Assembly (NCBI GenBank): GCA_049515535.1 | Contig: JBEKTZ010000003.1 | Location: 186,001-250,000, forward strand | Direction of reading: 5' to 3' | Source of the DNA: Candidatus Aminicenantales bacterium | GTDB lineage: Bacteria > Acidobacteriota > Aminicenantia > Aminicenantales > UBA4085 | Length of the DNA: 64,000 bases | Shown here: one piece after another, positions 44,727 to 54,419 of the stretch | How positions within the stretch are numbered: position 1 is the first letter of the stretch | How the letters are laid out: every line of letters starts with the position of its first letter | The notes under the pieces: generated by a model | Told to the model about the DNA's origin: nothing | What the model saw: the letters and a program-made list of their open reading frames with translations, nothing else | Database searches by the model: none | Program-made: the position numbers and the translations under genes

Positions 44727-44763
44727 GCTTTTTTTGCGGTAAACCTTTTTTCCCCGCTTTCCG

Positions 44764-45879
44764 CTATTCCAAATTCTTTCGGAAGCGAAGCGAGCTGAGG
44801 ACAATCGTCGTCACGCCGAAGACCAGCAGGAACAGGAGCTCCGGCCAGAGGATCGCCGGACCGTTTCCCTTGAGCAGGATCTCCCGGACGATCTTTCCGA
44901 AGTAACGGAGAGGATTAAGATAGGTCACATAACGGATAAGCCTCGGCATGTTTTCGATCGGCGAGAAAATCCCCGATAAAAGCATCGCCGGCATGACGAA
45001 GAACATGGTGGACATCATCGCCTGGCCCTGGGTGCGCGAAATCGTCGAGATGAAAAGGCCCATGCCGAGCGTCGTCAGGATGAAGAGGAAAGACGAGCCC
45101 AGCAGAAACGGGACGCTCCCGCGGATCGGGACGTCGAAGACGACCTTCCCGGCCGTCAGGACGAGAAGAATGTCGAAAAAGCCGATGGCGGCGAACGGGA
45201 TGGTCTTGCCCAGGATCAGCTCGCGCGGTTTGATCGGCGAGACGATGAGCTGCTCGAGCGTGCCGAGCTCGCGTTCCCGGGTGATGGCCATGGACGTCAG
45301 CATCATCGTCGTGATTAAAAGGATCATGCAGATGACGCCCGGAACCATCCAGAACGAGCTTTTCAGTTCCGGGTTGAACCAGATCCTCGGCTCGAAACGG
45401 GGAAGCCCTCCGGATCGGCCGGCCATGGCCTCCCGGATAACGCTTTCCGAGAACCGGGCCGAAATCAGATCGATGTAATTCATGATAATGGTCGCCGTAT
45501 TGGCGTCGGCCCCGTCGATGATCACTTGAACGGGGCTGCTTTCGCCGCCCTGGAGCCGCTTGGCGAACCTTTCTGGAATGACGATGCCCGCCTGGACTTT
45601 GCCCGCCTGGAGGAGGTCGTCCAAGCCGGAGGTCGAAGCCGGCGCGGCGGCCAATTCGAAATAGCCGGAGCGCGTGAATGTGGTCAGGAAGGCGCGGCTC
45701 TCCTGGGAATGGTCGTCATCGACGGCGGCCAGCGTGATGTTCTTGATGTCCACCGTCGCCGCGTAGCCGAATAAAATGAGCTGGATCACCGGCGCCAAGA
45801 ACAGGGGCGCGATCATCCGCTTATCCCGGAAGACCTGGATGAATTCCTTGCGGATGATGTGACGTATCACTTTAAACAT
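44764..45879 (-). CDS. ABC-2 permease (YbhR-like)
   Basis: WFNPEL, REREIGT-like RERELGTLEQL, LLSGIFSPIENMP. Confidence 0.9.
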   Translation of the reverse strand: MFKVIRHIIRKEFIQVFRDKRMIAPLFLAPVIQLILFGYAATVDIKNITLAAVDDDHSQESRAFLTTFTRSGYFELAAAPASTSGLDDLLQAGKVQAGIVIPERFAKRLQGGESSPVQVIIDGADANTATIIMNYIDLISARFSESVIREAMAGRSGGLPRFEPRIWFNPELKSSFWMVPGVICMILLITTMMLTSMAITRERELGTLEQLIVSPIKPRELILGKTIPFAAIGFFDILLVLTAGKVVFDVPIRGSVPFLLGSSFLFILTTLGMGLFISTISRTQGQAMMSTMFFVMPAMLLSGIFSPIENMPRLIRYVTYLNPLRYFGKIVREILLKGNGPAILWPELLFLLVFGVTTIVLSSLRFRKNLE

Positions 45880-45888
45880 ATCGGTGTT

Positions 45889-47025
45889 CTATTCCAAGCG
45901 GAGCTTGAGGCGCCTAAGGCAGGCGGCGAAAACCAAAAAGCCGAAGGCCGACAGGGCGATGATTTCCGGCCAGAGCGAGCCGAAACCGTATCCTTTCAGG
46001 AAGATGCCGCGCAGGGCCGTCAAGAAATATCGCGCCGGAACCAGGTGCGTGACGAGCCGGATGACCCCCGGCATGCTGGCGATGGGCGAGATGAATCCGG
46101 ACAGGAGGAACGAAGGAAGCATCGAGGTTAGAATGGCGACGGTGTAGGCGAGCTGCTGGCTTTTCGTGATGATGGAGACGAACAATCCGATCCCCAACCC
46201 GCAAAAGAGAAAGATGGCCGAGACGGTGAACAGGCAAAAGATATTTCCGCGGAGAGGGACGCCGAAGATCAAAATCCCTGCTAGAACGATGAGCAGCACC
46301 TGGACCATTCCCAGCCCGAAATAGGGGATGAGCTTGCCGATGATGATTTCATAGCCGCGGACGGGCGAGGCGATGAGCTGCTCCATGGTCCCGTTCTCCC
46401 ACTCCCGGGCGACGGTGAGCGACGTCAGCATGGCCGTCATGACCATCATCACGACGGCGATGAGGCCTGGGACGATGAAATTGGCGCTCTTGAGCTCCGG
46501 GTTGTACCAGATCCGCGTGCGCGTCTCCACCGAGGGAAGACCCGAGGACCGGAGCCCGCCTTGGCGGGCCATGCTTTCGGCGAGGATGTCCGTCGTGAAT
46601 TTCTGGACGAGCCGGGAAATATAGCCGAGCGCGATCAGGGCCGTGTTGTTGTTGGTCCCGTCCACTAAAAGCTGGATCGCGGTGTCGGCGCCCCGGGCCG
46701 CGTCCTTGGCGAAATCGTTCGGAATGACGATGATGAGTTGCGCCTGGCCTGTCTTCAAGAACTGCTCCGCTTGGGCGTAATTATCCAAGAGAGGGCGCAG
46801 GGCGAAATATTCGCTGGACCGGGTCCGGGCGATGAGGTCGCGGCTCAAAGACGACTGGTCCTGATCGAGGACGCCAATCGGAACGTGCCGGATATCGAAG
46901 GTGATAGCGAAGCCGAAGAGCACGACAAGGATGATGGGCAGGCCGATGGCCAGGAACAAGCTTCGCGGGTCGCGCCGGATGTGGAGGGCTTCTTTTCGGG
47001 CGAGAGGGACGATGCGCCGGATCAT
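45889..47025 (-). CDS. ABC-2 permease (YbhS-like)
   Basis: WYNPEL, REWENGTMEQL. Confidence 0.9.
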   Translation of the reverse strand: MIRRIVPLARKEALHIRRDPRSLFLAIGLPIILVVLFGFAITFDIRHVPIGVLDQDQSSLSRDLIARTRSSEYFALRPLLDNYAQAEQFLKTGQAQLIIVIPNDFAKDAARGADTAIQLLVDGTNNNTALIALGYISRLVQKFTTDILAESMARQGGLRSSGLPSVETRTRIWYNPELKSANFIVPGLIAVVMMVMTAMLTSLTVAREWENGTMEQLIASPVRGYEIIIGKLIPYFGLGMVQVLLIVLAGILIFGVPLRGNIFCLFTVSAIFLFCGLGIGLFVSIITKSQQLAYTVAILTSMLPSFLLSGFISPIASMPGVIRLVTHLVPARYFLTALRGIFLKGYGFGSLWPEIIALSAFGFLVFAACLRRLKLRLE

Positions 47026-47768
47026 GCGGTTCGGGCTCCTCTGATGGCCGCGACGAAGACCTCTTCGAGCGTGGCGGTTTCCCGGCCCGCGATGCGGGCC
47101 TTGAGATCCCGGGGCGGCCCGATGGCGATGATCTTGCCGTTATAAATGATCGCGATCCGATGGCAGCGCTCGACCTCGTCCATATAATGCGACGTGACGA
47201 ATGTTGTGGTCCCCTGGACGGACAGCTCGTAGATCAATCTCCAGAAATCCCGCCGCGAGGCCGGGTCGACGCTCGCCGTCGGCTCGTCCAGGAAAAGAAT
47301 CTCAGGCTTGTGAAGGATGGCGCAGCCGAGCGCCAGCCGTTGTTTCCACCCGCCGCTCAAGTCCCGGGTCAGGGCGTTTTCGCGTCCCTCGAGGCCGGCC
47401 ATGCTCAACACCCATGCCTTGCGCTCCTTCAAGAGCGACGGCGCCAGACGGTGGATGCCTCCGTGAAAATTGATGTTCTCGGAAACCGTCAGATCGCCGT
47501 ACAGGGTGAATTTCTGGGACATATAGCCGATGATCTTTTTGATTTCCTCCGGCTGGGCGGAGATGCTGAATCCGCCGACCGTTCCCTGTCCGGAGGTCGG
47601 CTGCAGGATCCCGCACAGCATCCGGATCGTGGTGGATTTGCCGGCGCCGTTCGGGCCGAGGAAGCCGAAGATTTCGCCTCTTTGGACGTCGAAAGAGACG
47701 CGATCGACGGCCGTGAACGAGCCGAATCTTTTGGTCAGGTCCCGGACGTCGATGCTGAGGGGGTTCAT
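47022..47768 (-). CDS. ABC transporter ATP-binding protein
   Basis: GPNGAGKS, LSGG, LDEPT. Confidence 0.95.
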   Translation of the reverse strand: MNPLSIDVRDLTKRFGSFTAVDRVSFDVQRGEIFGFLGPNGAGKSTTIRMLCGILQPTSGQGTVGGFSISAQPEEIKKIIGYMSQKFTLYGDLTVSENINFHGGIHRLAPSLLKERKAWVLSMAGLEGRENALTRDLSGGWKQRLALGCAILHKPEILFLDEPTASVDPASRRDFWRLIYELSVQGTTTFVTSHYMDEVERCHRIAIIYNGKIIAIGPPRDLKARIAGRETATLEEVFVAAIRGARTA

Positions 47769-48685
47769 GGATTCTGCCTCTGGGCCAGCGCTAAAAAGAC
47801 ATCCTCGAAGGACGGGGGAATCTTCTTGAGGCTCTTCACCGGGATGTTTTCTTCCTCGAGCTTCCCCCTTATTTTTTCGAGGCCTTGGCTGCCCGTTTCA
47901 AAAACGATGTGAACCGTCTCGCCGAAGGGATGGACGCTCTTGAGCCCGGGGACGCTCTTCAGGGCTTTCATCGACGGCTCCAAGGGAGCGATGAGCTCGG
48001 CGATCTCGTCCTTCATGCCGGCGGTAAGATTCCGCGGCGAGTCATAAGCCAGGATGCGGCCTTCATCGATGAACCCGACTTGACGGCACCGGGCGGCCTC
48101 GTCCATGTAGGGAGTGGTCATGAGGATGGTGACTCCCTGGTCATGAAGTTCCGTCAGAAGCCGCCAGAGCTCCTGGCGGGAGACCGGGTCCACGCCCGTC
48201 GTCGGCTCGTCCAGGAGCAGGATTTCCGGCGTGTGAAAAAGATTGCAGGCGAGGGCCAGTTTTTTCTGCATGCCGCCGGACAGATTCCTGGCGAGCCTGT
48301 CTCCGAACGGGCCGAGGGCGCTGAATCCGAGCAGCTCGCTCTTGCGCTCGAGAAACCGGTTTTCCTGAACGCCGTAGAGGTCGGCGAAAAATTTCATGTT
48401 CTCCGCCACGGTCAAGTCGCCGTAGAGGCTGAAATGCTGGGGCATGTAGCCGATGCGCTCTTTGACCTGGAAAGGCTTCTTGGCCACGTCGAAGCCGGCG
48501 ATCTCGATCCGGCCCCGCGTCGGACGGAGCAGTCCGATCAAGAGACGCAGCAATGTGGATTTGCCGGCACCGTCGGGACCGATCAGGCCCGCGAGCGTCC
48601 CTTTCTCGATCTCCAGGTCGAGATCATGGATGGCGGATGTCCGGTCGAATTTCTTGACGAGGCCTTCGGCTTTAATCGCGATCAT
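47765..48685 (-). CDS. ABC transporter ATP-binding protein
   Basis: GPDGAGKS, LSGG, LLDEPT. Confidence 0.95.
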   Translation of the reverse strand: MIAIKAEGLVKKFDRTSAIHDLDLEIEKGTLAGLIGPDGAGKSTLLRLLIGLLRPTRGRIEIAGFDVAKKPFQVKERIGYMPQHFSLYGDLTVAENMKFFADLYGVQENRFLERKSELLGFSALGPFGDRLARNLSGGMQKKLALACNLFHTPEILLLDEPTTGVDPVSRQELWRLLTELHDQGVTILMTTPYMDEAARCRQVGFIDEGRILAYDSPRNLTAGMKDEIAELIAPLEPSMKALKSVPGLKSVHPFGETVHIVFETGSQGLEKIRGKLEEENIPVKSLKKIPPSFEDVFLALAQRQNP

Positions 48686-49672
48686 CTATGGCTTGAGCGA
48701 TATTTTGACGTCCACCGGCATGCCGGGTTTGAGCTCGCCGTCCGCGTTATCGAGATAGGATTTGACCATATAGACGAGTTTGAGGCGTTCTTCTTTCGTC
48801 TGAATGTTCCTGGGCGCGAATTCGGCCTCTTCGGAAATGAAATCCGCTTTTCCCTTGAAGGTTTTTCCGGGAAAAGAATCGCACGTCACGGCGACTTCGC
48901 TTCCCACTTTCACCCGGCCCACGTATTGTTCCGGGATATAGGCCTTGACGTAGGTTTGTCCGAGGTCGATGATGCTGAAAAGAACGGCGCCGGGCACGGC
49001 CAGCTCGCCGAGCTCGATGTTCTTGACCTCGATGTATCCCTTAACTGGAGACTTGACCTCGGTGTCCCGCAGGACCCGCTCGAGGTACTGCCGCTGCGCG
49101 TCGAGGCCCCGGACGTCGGCGGCGGCCATCTCGAGCTCCTCCTTTTCACTGCCGCGGAGCGCCATCTGGTAATTTTCCTGGGCGCCTATGTGTTGCTCCT
49201 GCGCCGCCTTGAGGGCGAGATCGGCCTTTTCTTTTTGTGTCTGCGACACGGCGCCTTCACCCAGGAGCTTGGCCAGCCGCTGCTGGTCTTTTTCCGCGAT
49301 CTCGAGCTGTTTGGATGTGATTTCTACCTGGGTTTTGGCCACGGCGATCATCTCTTTCTTGGTCCCGATTTTTGCCAACCTCAACCGGGCTTCGGCCGCG
49401 TCGATTCCCGCTATCACCTGCTCGATCTGGATCCGGATCTTCTCGGCGTCGATGACACACAGCAAATCGCCTTTATTGACCTTTTGTCCTTCCTTGACAA
49501 GGATCTGAAGCACTTGCCCCTGGGCCTCGGCCCTGACCTCGGTCTTGACGGCTTCAATGGTTCCCGATATCTCGACCTGGCCTCCGTTCGCGGCGTCTTT
49601 CCGGCAGCCCGCCAGGCCGGCCAGCAGGACGATAAGGGAGATCAGAACCGGGTTTTTGATGATCTTTCTCAT
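48686..49672 (-). CDS. HlyD-family membrane fusion lipoprotein (YbhG-like)
   Basis: LAGC lipobox, coiled coil, AEFAPRNIQT, LKPGMP. Confidence 0.9.
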   Translation of the reverse strand: MRKIIKNPVLISLIVLLAGLAGCRKDAANGGQVEISGTIEAVKTEVRAEAQGQVLQILVKEGQKVNKGDLLCVIDAEKIRIQIEQVIAGIDAAEARLRLAKIGTKKEMIAVAKTQVEITSKQLEIAEKDQQRLAKLLGEGAVSQTQKEKADLALKAAQEQHIGAQENYQMALRGSEKEELEMAAADVRGLDAQRQYLERVLRDTEVKSPVKGYIEVKNIELGELAVPGAVLFSIIDLGQTYVKAYIPEQYVGRVKVGSEVAVTCDSFPGKTFKGKADFISEEAEFAPRNIQTKEERLKLVYMVKSYLDNADGELKPGMPVDVKISLKP

Positions 49673-49786
49673 GGCCGCTCCTTGTTCTCTCACTATTATT
49701 TATAAGCGTTTTTTTGGTTTTCTTCTAGCAAAAAATGAAAGGACTCTCCGGCGGCCTTTCAAATCGAGGGAAAAAGGCTGGCAAAA

Positions 49787-49814
49787 GCAACCTTTTCGCT
49801 TCTTTTCTTATCTT
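49787..49814 (+). promoter_or_regulatory. Putative ECF-type promoter
   Basis: GCAACC-16 nt-TATCTT upstream of the second ECF gene. Confidence 0.45.
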
Positions 49815-49837
49815 ATAGAGTTGAGGAGATACTAAGC

Positions 49838-50488
49838 GTGGCCATCCAGGATTATGCGCTGGCAAGCAAGCTCGAAATATCGGATAATCCAGCTATGAGC
49901 CGGCTCAAGGAAAAGAGCTTCGAGTTCCCTCTTGCCGCTCCCGAGGAAGAATCCTTGGACGACCTCATCGTCCGAAGCGTGGGGGGCGATGCCCTGGCCA
50001 TGGAGAAAATCTATGGCCGCTATAAAACCGCTCTCTTCAATCTGGCTTATCGCTACACCTTCAACCGGGCGACGGCCGAAGATCTTCTCCAAGAAATCTT
50101 CATCAAGATATTCACTCATCTCGGGGATGTCCGGAAAAGCGCGACATTCACGGGCTGGGTCTATCGCATCGCCCTGAACACCTGTTTCAGCTACCTCCGG
50201 GAAAAAAGGGTGGAACTCGAGAAAAACGTACCCCTGGCCGATGTCGAGGGCACCCTTCACGTCGCGGGGGAAGACGAGCTTTCGAGCGATGTCCGCAAGC
50301 CTCTCGACGACGCCATCGCGGGCCTGCCGAAAAAGCTCAAGGAGATCTTCCTCCTCCACGACGTCCAGGGCTTCAAGCACGAGGAGATCTCCAGGATGCT
50401 CGGGCTTTCGGTCGGGACTTCCAAATCCCAGCTCTTTAAAGCCCGGCTGAGGCTCAGGAAATATTTGGAAAACAAGAGAGCGTGCTAA
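49838..50488 (+). CDS. ECF sigma-70 factor
   Basis: AEDLLQEIF, WVYRIALN, HEEISRMLGLSVGTSKSQLFKAR. Confidence 0.95.
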   Translation: MAIQDYALASKLEISDNPAMSRLKEKSFEFPLAAPEEESLDDLIVRSVGGDALAMEKIYGRYKTALFNLAYRYTFNRATAEDLLQEIFIKIFTHLGDVRKSATFTGWVYRIALNTCFSYLREKRVELEKNVPLADVEGTLHVAGEDELSSDVRKPLDDAIAGLPKKLKEIFLLHDVQGFKHEEISRMLGLSVGTSKSQLFKARLRLRKYLENKRAC

Positions 50489-50499
50489 GGAGGTTGACC

Positions 50500-51201
50500 A
50501 TGAAATGCTCACAAGCGCATAAATTCATCGGCGATCGACTGGACGGAGGGCTCGGTCCGGAAGACAACGAGCGGCTCCGCGAACATCTTGCGAGCTGCCC
50601 GGACTGCCGGGACCTGCTTAAAGACTTTCAAAAGATCGTCGAGCAGGCCAAGGATCTGCCGAAGCACGAGCCGTCGAACAGAGCCTGGACGGCGATCCTG
50701 AGCGGAGTCCGCGCGGCCGGCCGCGAGCCGTCCGCCATGCGGATGCCTAAGCCGAAGTGGCGCGAGATTTATATTTTTACGGGCCGGGCCAGATATGTCT
50801 GGGCGGCGGCGCTTTTCCTCGTCGTGGTCGGCGGGATCGCGGTCGGGCTCTTTCGCCCCGGAAAAGATCTTTCCGGACTGTCTGAGCAGGACCGCTACAC
50901 GCTGGCCAAGTTGGAAGAAGCGGAGAAGCATTATAAGCTGGCCATCCGCGCCCTGAACGACGCGGTCGGATCTCAGAAGAACGGGCTCGATCCGCAGGTG
51001 GCCGCCGTCTTCAGCCGGAACCTCAGGGAAATCGACACGGCCATCCAAGCCTGCCAGAACGCGGTGTCGAAGGAGCCGAACAGCCTCGATGCGAGGGAAT
51101 ATCTGCTCGGAGCATACAAGGATAAGGTCGCGTTCCTTGATAACATCATCGACGTCAAGAAAATATTCCCGTCCGGGAAGACGGCGGGGAGCATCCTATA
51201 A
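50500..51201 (+). CDS. Anti-sigma factor (zf-HC2 + TM)
   Basis: HLASCPDC; one TM segment. Confidence 0.88.
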   Translation: MKCSQAHKFIGDRLDGGLGPEDNERLREHLASCPDCRDLLKDFQKIVEQAKDLPKHEPSNRAWTAILSGVRAAGREPSAMRMPKPKWREIYIFTGRARYVWAAALFLVVVGGIAVGLFRPGKDLSGLSEQDRYTLAKLEEAEKHYKLAIRALNDAVGSQKNGLDPQVAAVFSRNLREIDTAIQACQNAVSKEPNSLDAREYLLGAYKDKVAFLDNIIDVKKIFPSGKTAGSIL

Positions 51202-51226
51202 TTCCGCGTGAACAAGGAGGACGAAC

Positions 51227-52177
51227 ATGAATAACAGAAAAATAGCCAAGACGGTGGTCGTTCTGGCCGTCGCGTGTCTCGCCTTCGGACTTTACTCCGG
51301 CGTCGTCTGGGCCGGCGAGAAATACGAAGAAAAATTCAATAAAACCGAAACCCTGGCCAAGGACGGCAAGGTCATCCTCAGCAACGTTTCCGGCAAGATC
51401 GAGATCCAGAGCTGGGACCAGGCGCAGGTGAAGATCGACGCGACCAAGATCTCGGATTCGAGTTCGCTCGAGAGGGCCAAGGAGAATTGCGCCAGGGTGA
51501 TCATCGAGGTCACGAAATCCGGGAACATCGTCCAAATCGCGACCAAATATCCCGAGCACACCCGCAATGTGAACGTCTCGGTGAACTACGTGGTCTGGGT
51601 TCCGGACAAGGCATCCGTCAAAATCAAATCCGTGAGCGGCAGCGTCGTCGTCACGTCGATCGGCGGGTCGTTGGACGGCAACCTCGTCAGCGGCAGCGTG
51701 ACGCTCAGCAAGATCGCGGGGAGCGTGGACTTCCGGACCGTCAGCGGGAGGATCGAGATCCAGGACGTCGGTGCCGATATCGACGTGCAGACCGTTTCCG
51801 GCTGGATCAGCGCCACGCGCGTCAAGGGCTCCTTGGACGCCGAGACGACCAGCGGCTCGATCGTGCTCAAAGAGATTTCCGAGGCCAAGTCCGTGCGGGC
51901 TAAGGTGCTGAGCGGCAGGATCTCCTATGACGGGCTGCTCGGCGCCGGCAGCAAGGTCAATCTCGAAACGCTGAGCGGAGGCATCGATCTGACCCTGCCC
52001 GCGAATGCGAACTTTGAGCTCGATGCCAAGACCTTCAGCGGCCACGTCAACTCCGAATTTCCCATCACCATGTCCGGCAATATCTCGCCGAAGGAGCTCC
52101 GGGGCGTCGTGAACAACGGCGGCTCCACGCTGCGGCTCAAGACCTTCAGCGGCTCGATCAACATCCGGAAGAAGTGA
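51227..52177 (+). CDS. DUF4097 beta-helix protein
   Basis: Repeated TVSG/VSGS turns; signal peptide. Confidence 0.82.
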   Translation: MNNRKIAKTVVVLAVACLAFGLYSGVVWAGEKYEEKFNKTETLAKDGKVILSNVSGKIEIQSWDQAQVKIDATKISDSSSLERAKENCARVIIEVTKSGNIVQIATKYPEHTRNVNVSVNYVVWVPDKASVKIKSVSGSVVVTSIGGSLDGNLVSGSVTLSKIAGSVDFRTVSGRIEIQDVGADIDVQTVSGWISATRVKGSLDAETTSGSIVLKEISEAKSVRAKVLSGRISYDGLLGAGSKVNLETLSGGIDLTLPANANFELDAKTFSGHVNSEFPITMSGNISPKELRGVVNNGGSTLRLKTFSGSINIRKK

Positions 52178-52278
52178 CGGCGCAAACGCCGGTTCCCCTT
52201 TGGCGCGGCCCCGGAGAGGGGAGAAGGGCAAAAGGGCAGCGGCAGCAACGCCGACTGACATCCTGGGGCTCTTTTAAT

Positions 52279-52391
52279 TTGATACGTTCGACGGCGCCAA
52301 ACCCCGATTTTTAAATCGGGGTAAAAAGCGCCGCTCAGTATTAACCCTGAGCATACCCCGGGCTTCAGCCCGGGGAGTCGAATGGGTTGAT
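52279..52391. repeat. Multi-hairpin palindromic element flanked by TTGAT direct repeats
   Basis: Outer ttcgac/gtcgaa stem enclosing three hairpins; TTGAT at 52279 and 52387. Confidence 0.7.
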
Positions 52392-52440
52392 TTTTTGACA
52401 TTTTTCGGTTAAATTCTTCTCAAGAAGTGCCTCACAAAAA

Positions 52441-53511
52441 ATGAAAAAATACTTTTTTATCCCTTTTTTCCTTTTATCTCTTTCCATTCCATCGCGGATC
52501 GGGCAGGCTCAGACGACCGTCAACCCCGACTTCAGCTTGATCGGAGATATGCGGATGGTGGGCCACCGCCAGGCTCCGGCCGATATCAGCGACAACAAAT
52601 TAAGGTTCGATTTTCACGAGCTGGAAATTGTGGCTGGAGGCTACTTAAATCCCTATGCCCGCGCCGACGTGACGATGGGCCTGACGAAGGGAGGAATCGA
52701 CATCGAGGAGGCGTATGCCACACTCCTCAAGGGGCTGCCGTGGAATCTTCAGATCAAGGCCGGCCAGTACCTGGTCGATGTCGGGTTAATAAACACACAG
52801 CATACCCATCAGTGGTCCTGGATCGAGCGGCCTTTGATGTTCAAGCGATTCTTCGGCGAAGAAGGCCTGAAGGCCGTCGGCCTGAATGTTTCGAGCCTCG
52901 TTCCAGCCGGCCCTAACGCCATCACGATATCCGGCAATGTATTCACGGGAGGGTCTTATTGGGGAGAAAGCGGGGATGCCGCCGATGCCGGTTTGACCGG
53001 GAGCGCCCGGGTCTCTTTTTTTATGTCTTTGACAGATCATGCCTCGTTGGAGTTGGGGTGTTCGGGGCTTAGCCGCCAGGGCGACTCAGAGAAGAAAACC
53101 GGGATGACTTTGGGGGATTTCGATTTCAAATATAAATGGCGGCCGGATATGTATCAATCGCTTGTCATCGTCGCCGAAACCATGATCGGTTCGAGAGAGC
53201 TGAACGAAACTGATCCGGCGAATGGAGCGCCCAAAAAGATAACGCCATCCGGCGCTTTTGCCTCTATCGACTATCAGTTTAAACGGCAATATAATGCCGG
53301 TGGATTTATCGATTATAGCCGGGATCCTTCCCGGGAGGATGGACACCAATTGGGCTTCGGGCTTTTCGGAGGATTTTCTTTAGTTGAAGAAACCTACCGG
53401 ATCGGAGTCATTCTGAGGCAGGATCAGGGGAGCGCTCTCGGCAGGCCGTATCAAACGATCATGGTTCAGCTCCTCTGGTCGTTAGGTCCTCACAAGCCGC
53501 ATCAGTTTTGA
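52441..53511 (+). CDS. Outer-membrane porin associated with metal uptake
   Basis: NPDFSLIGD, IEEAY, NTQHTHQW, C-terminal LGPHKPHQF. Confidence 0.75.
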   Translation: MKKYFFIPFFLLSLSIPSRIGQAQTTVNPDFSLIGDMRMVGHRQAPADISDNKLRFDFHELEIVAGGYLNPYARADVTMGLTKGGIDIEEAYATLLKGLPWNLQIKAGQYLVDVGLINTQHTHQWSWIERPLMFKRFFGEEGLKAVGLNVSSLVPAGPNAITISGNVFTGGSYWGESGDAADAGLTGSARVSFFMSLTDHASLELGCSGLSRQGDSEKKTGMTLGDFDFKYKWRPDMYQSLVIVAETMIGSRELNETDPANGAPKKITPSGAFASIDYQFKRQYNAGGFIDYSRDPSREDGHQLGFGLFGGFSLVEETYRIGVILRQDQGSALGRPYQTIMVQLLWSLGPHKPHQF

Positions 53512-53522
53512 TAGAGGATACG

Positions 53523-54419
53523 ATGAAAAACTTGCTAGCCGTCCTCATGACCCTATTGATGATCGCGGTCGTGTCCGCCGGGGCAAAGATCAATGTCGTC
53601 ACCTCGACTTCGGATTTGAAATCGATCACCGAATATCTCGGGGGCGATCGCGTCGCTGTTAAATCCATTAACAGCGGCAAAGACAACCCTCATTTTGTCG
53701 AGGTCCTTCCCAATTATATGATCCTTGTGGTCAAGGCCGATCTGTACTTGAAGATCGGGCTGGGGCTTGATTTTTGGGCGCAGCCGATTATCGACGGCTC
53801 TCGCAACAGCAGGCTGGTGATCGTGGATTGTTCGGAGGGCGTCGACGTTCTGGAAAAGCCGGCCGGGAAAGTCGATGCCTCCATGGGCGACGTCCACCCT
53901 CAGGGGAATCCCCATTATTGGCTAAACCCCGCGAACGGCCTGATTATAGCGAAAAACATCGCAAGAGGATTGGCCCAGGTCGATCCAGGCAACGCCAATG
54001 ATTATGAGACCGCGCTCAAGAGATTCGAGAGCGAGCTTCAGTCCAGGATTGAAGGCTGGCAAAAAAGAGCGGAAGCACTAAAGGGGATGGAAATCGTCAC
54101 CTATCATAATTCCTGGCCCTATTTCTGCCAGGCGTTCGGGATCAAAGTCGCCGGGTTTGTGGAACCGAAGCCGGGAATCGAGCCGACGGCGTCCCATATC
54201 GCCGAACTGATCAATATCATGAAAACCCGGGGCGTCAAGATTATCGGCAAAGAGCCGTATTTTTCCGATAAAGCACCCAAGGTGATCGCCGCTTCGACGG
54301 GAGCGAGGATTGTCAACCTTCCGCCATCGGTGGGAGGGGCCGAGGGAACCGACAATTATTTCTCTTTATTCGACACATTATTATCTGTCTTAATCGCAGC
54401 GGCAAGGAGCGCTCTTTGA
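53523..54419 (+). CDS. Zn/Mn ABC substrate-binding protein (ZnuA/TroA family)
   Basis: NPHF, GDVHPQGNPHYWLNP, YHNSWPYF, EPKPGIEP. Confidence 0.9.
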   Translation: MKNLLAVLMTLLMIAVVSAGAKINVVTSTSDLKSITEYLGGDRVAVKSINSGKDNPHFVEVLPNYMILVVKADLYLKIGLGLDFWAQPIIDGSRNSRLVIVDCSEGVDVLEKPAGKVDASMGDVHPQGNPHYWLNPANGLIIAKNIARGLAQVDPGNANDYETALKRFESELQSRIEGWQKRAEALKGMEIVTYHNSWPYFCQAFGIKVAGFVEPKPGIEPTASHIAELINIMKTRGVKIIGKEPYFSDKAPKVIAASTGARIVNLPPSVGGAEGTDNYFSLFDTLLSVLIAAARSAL

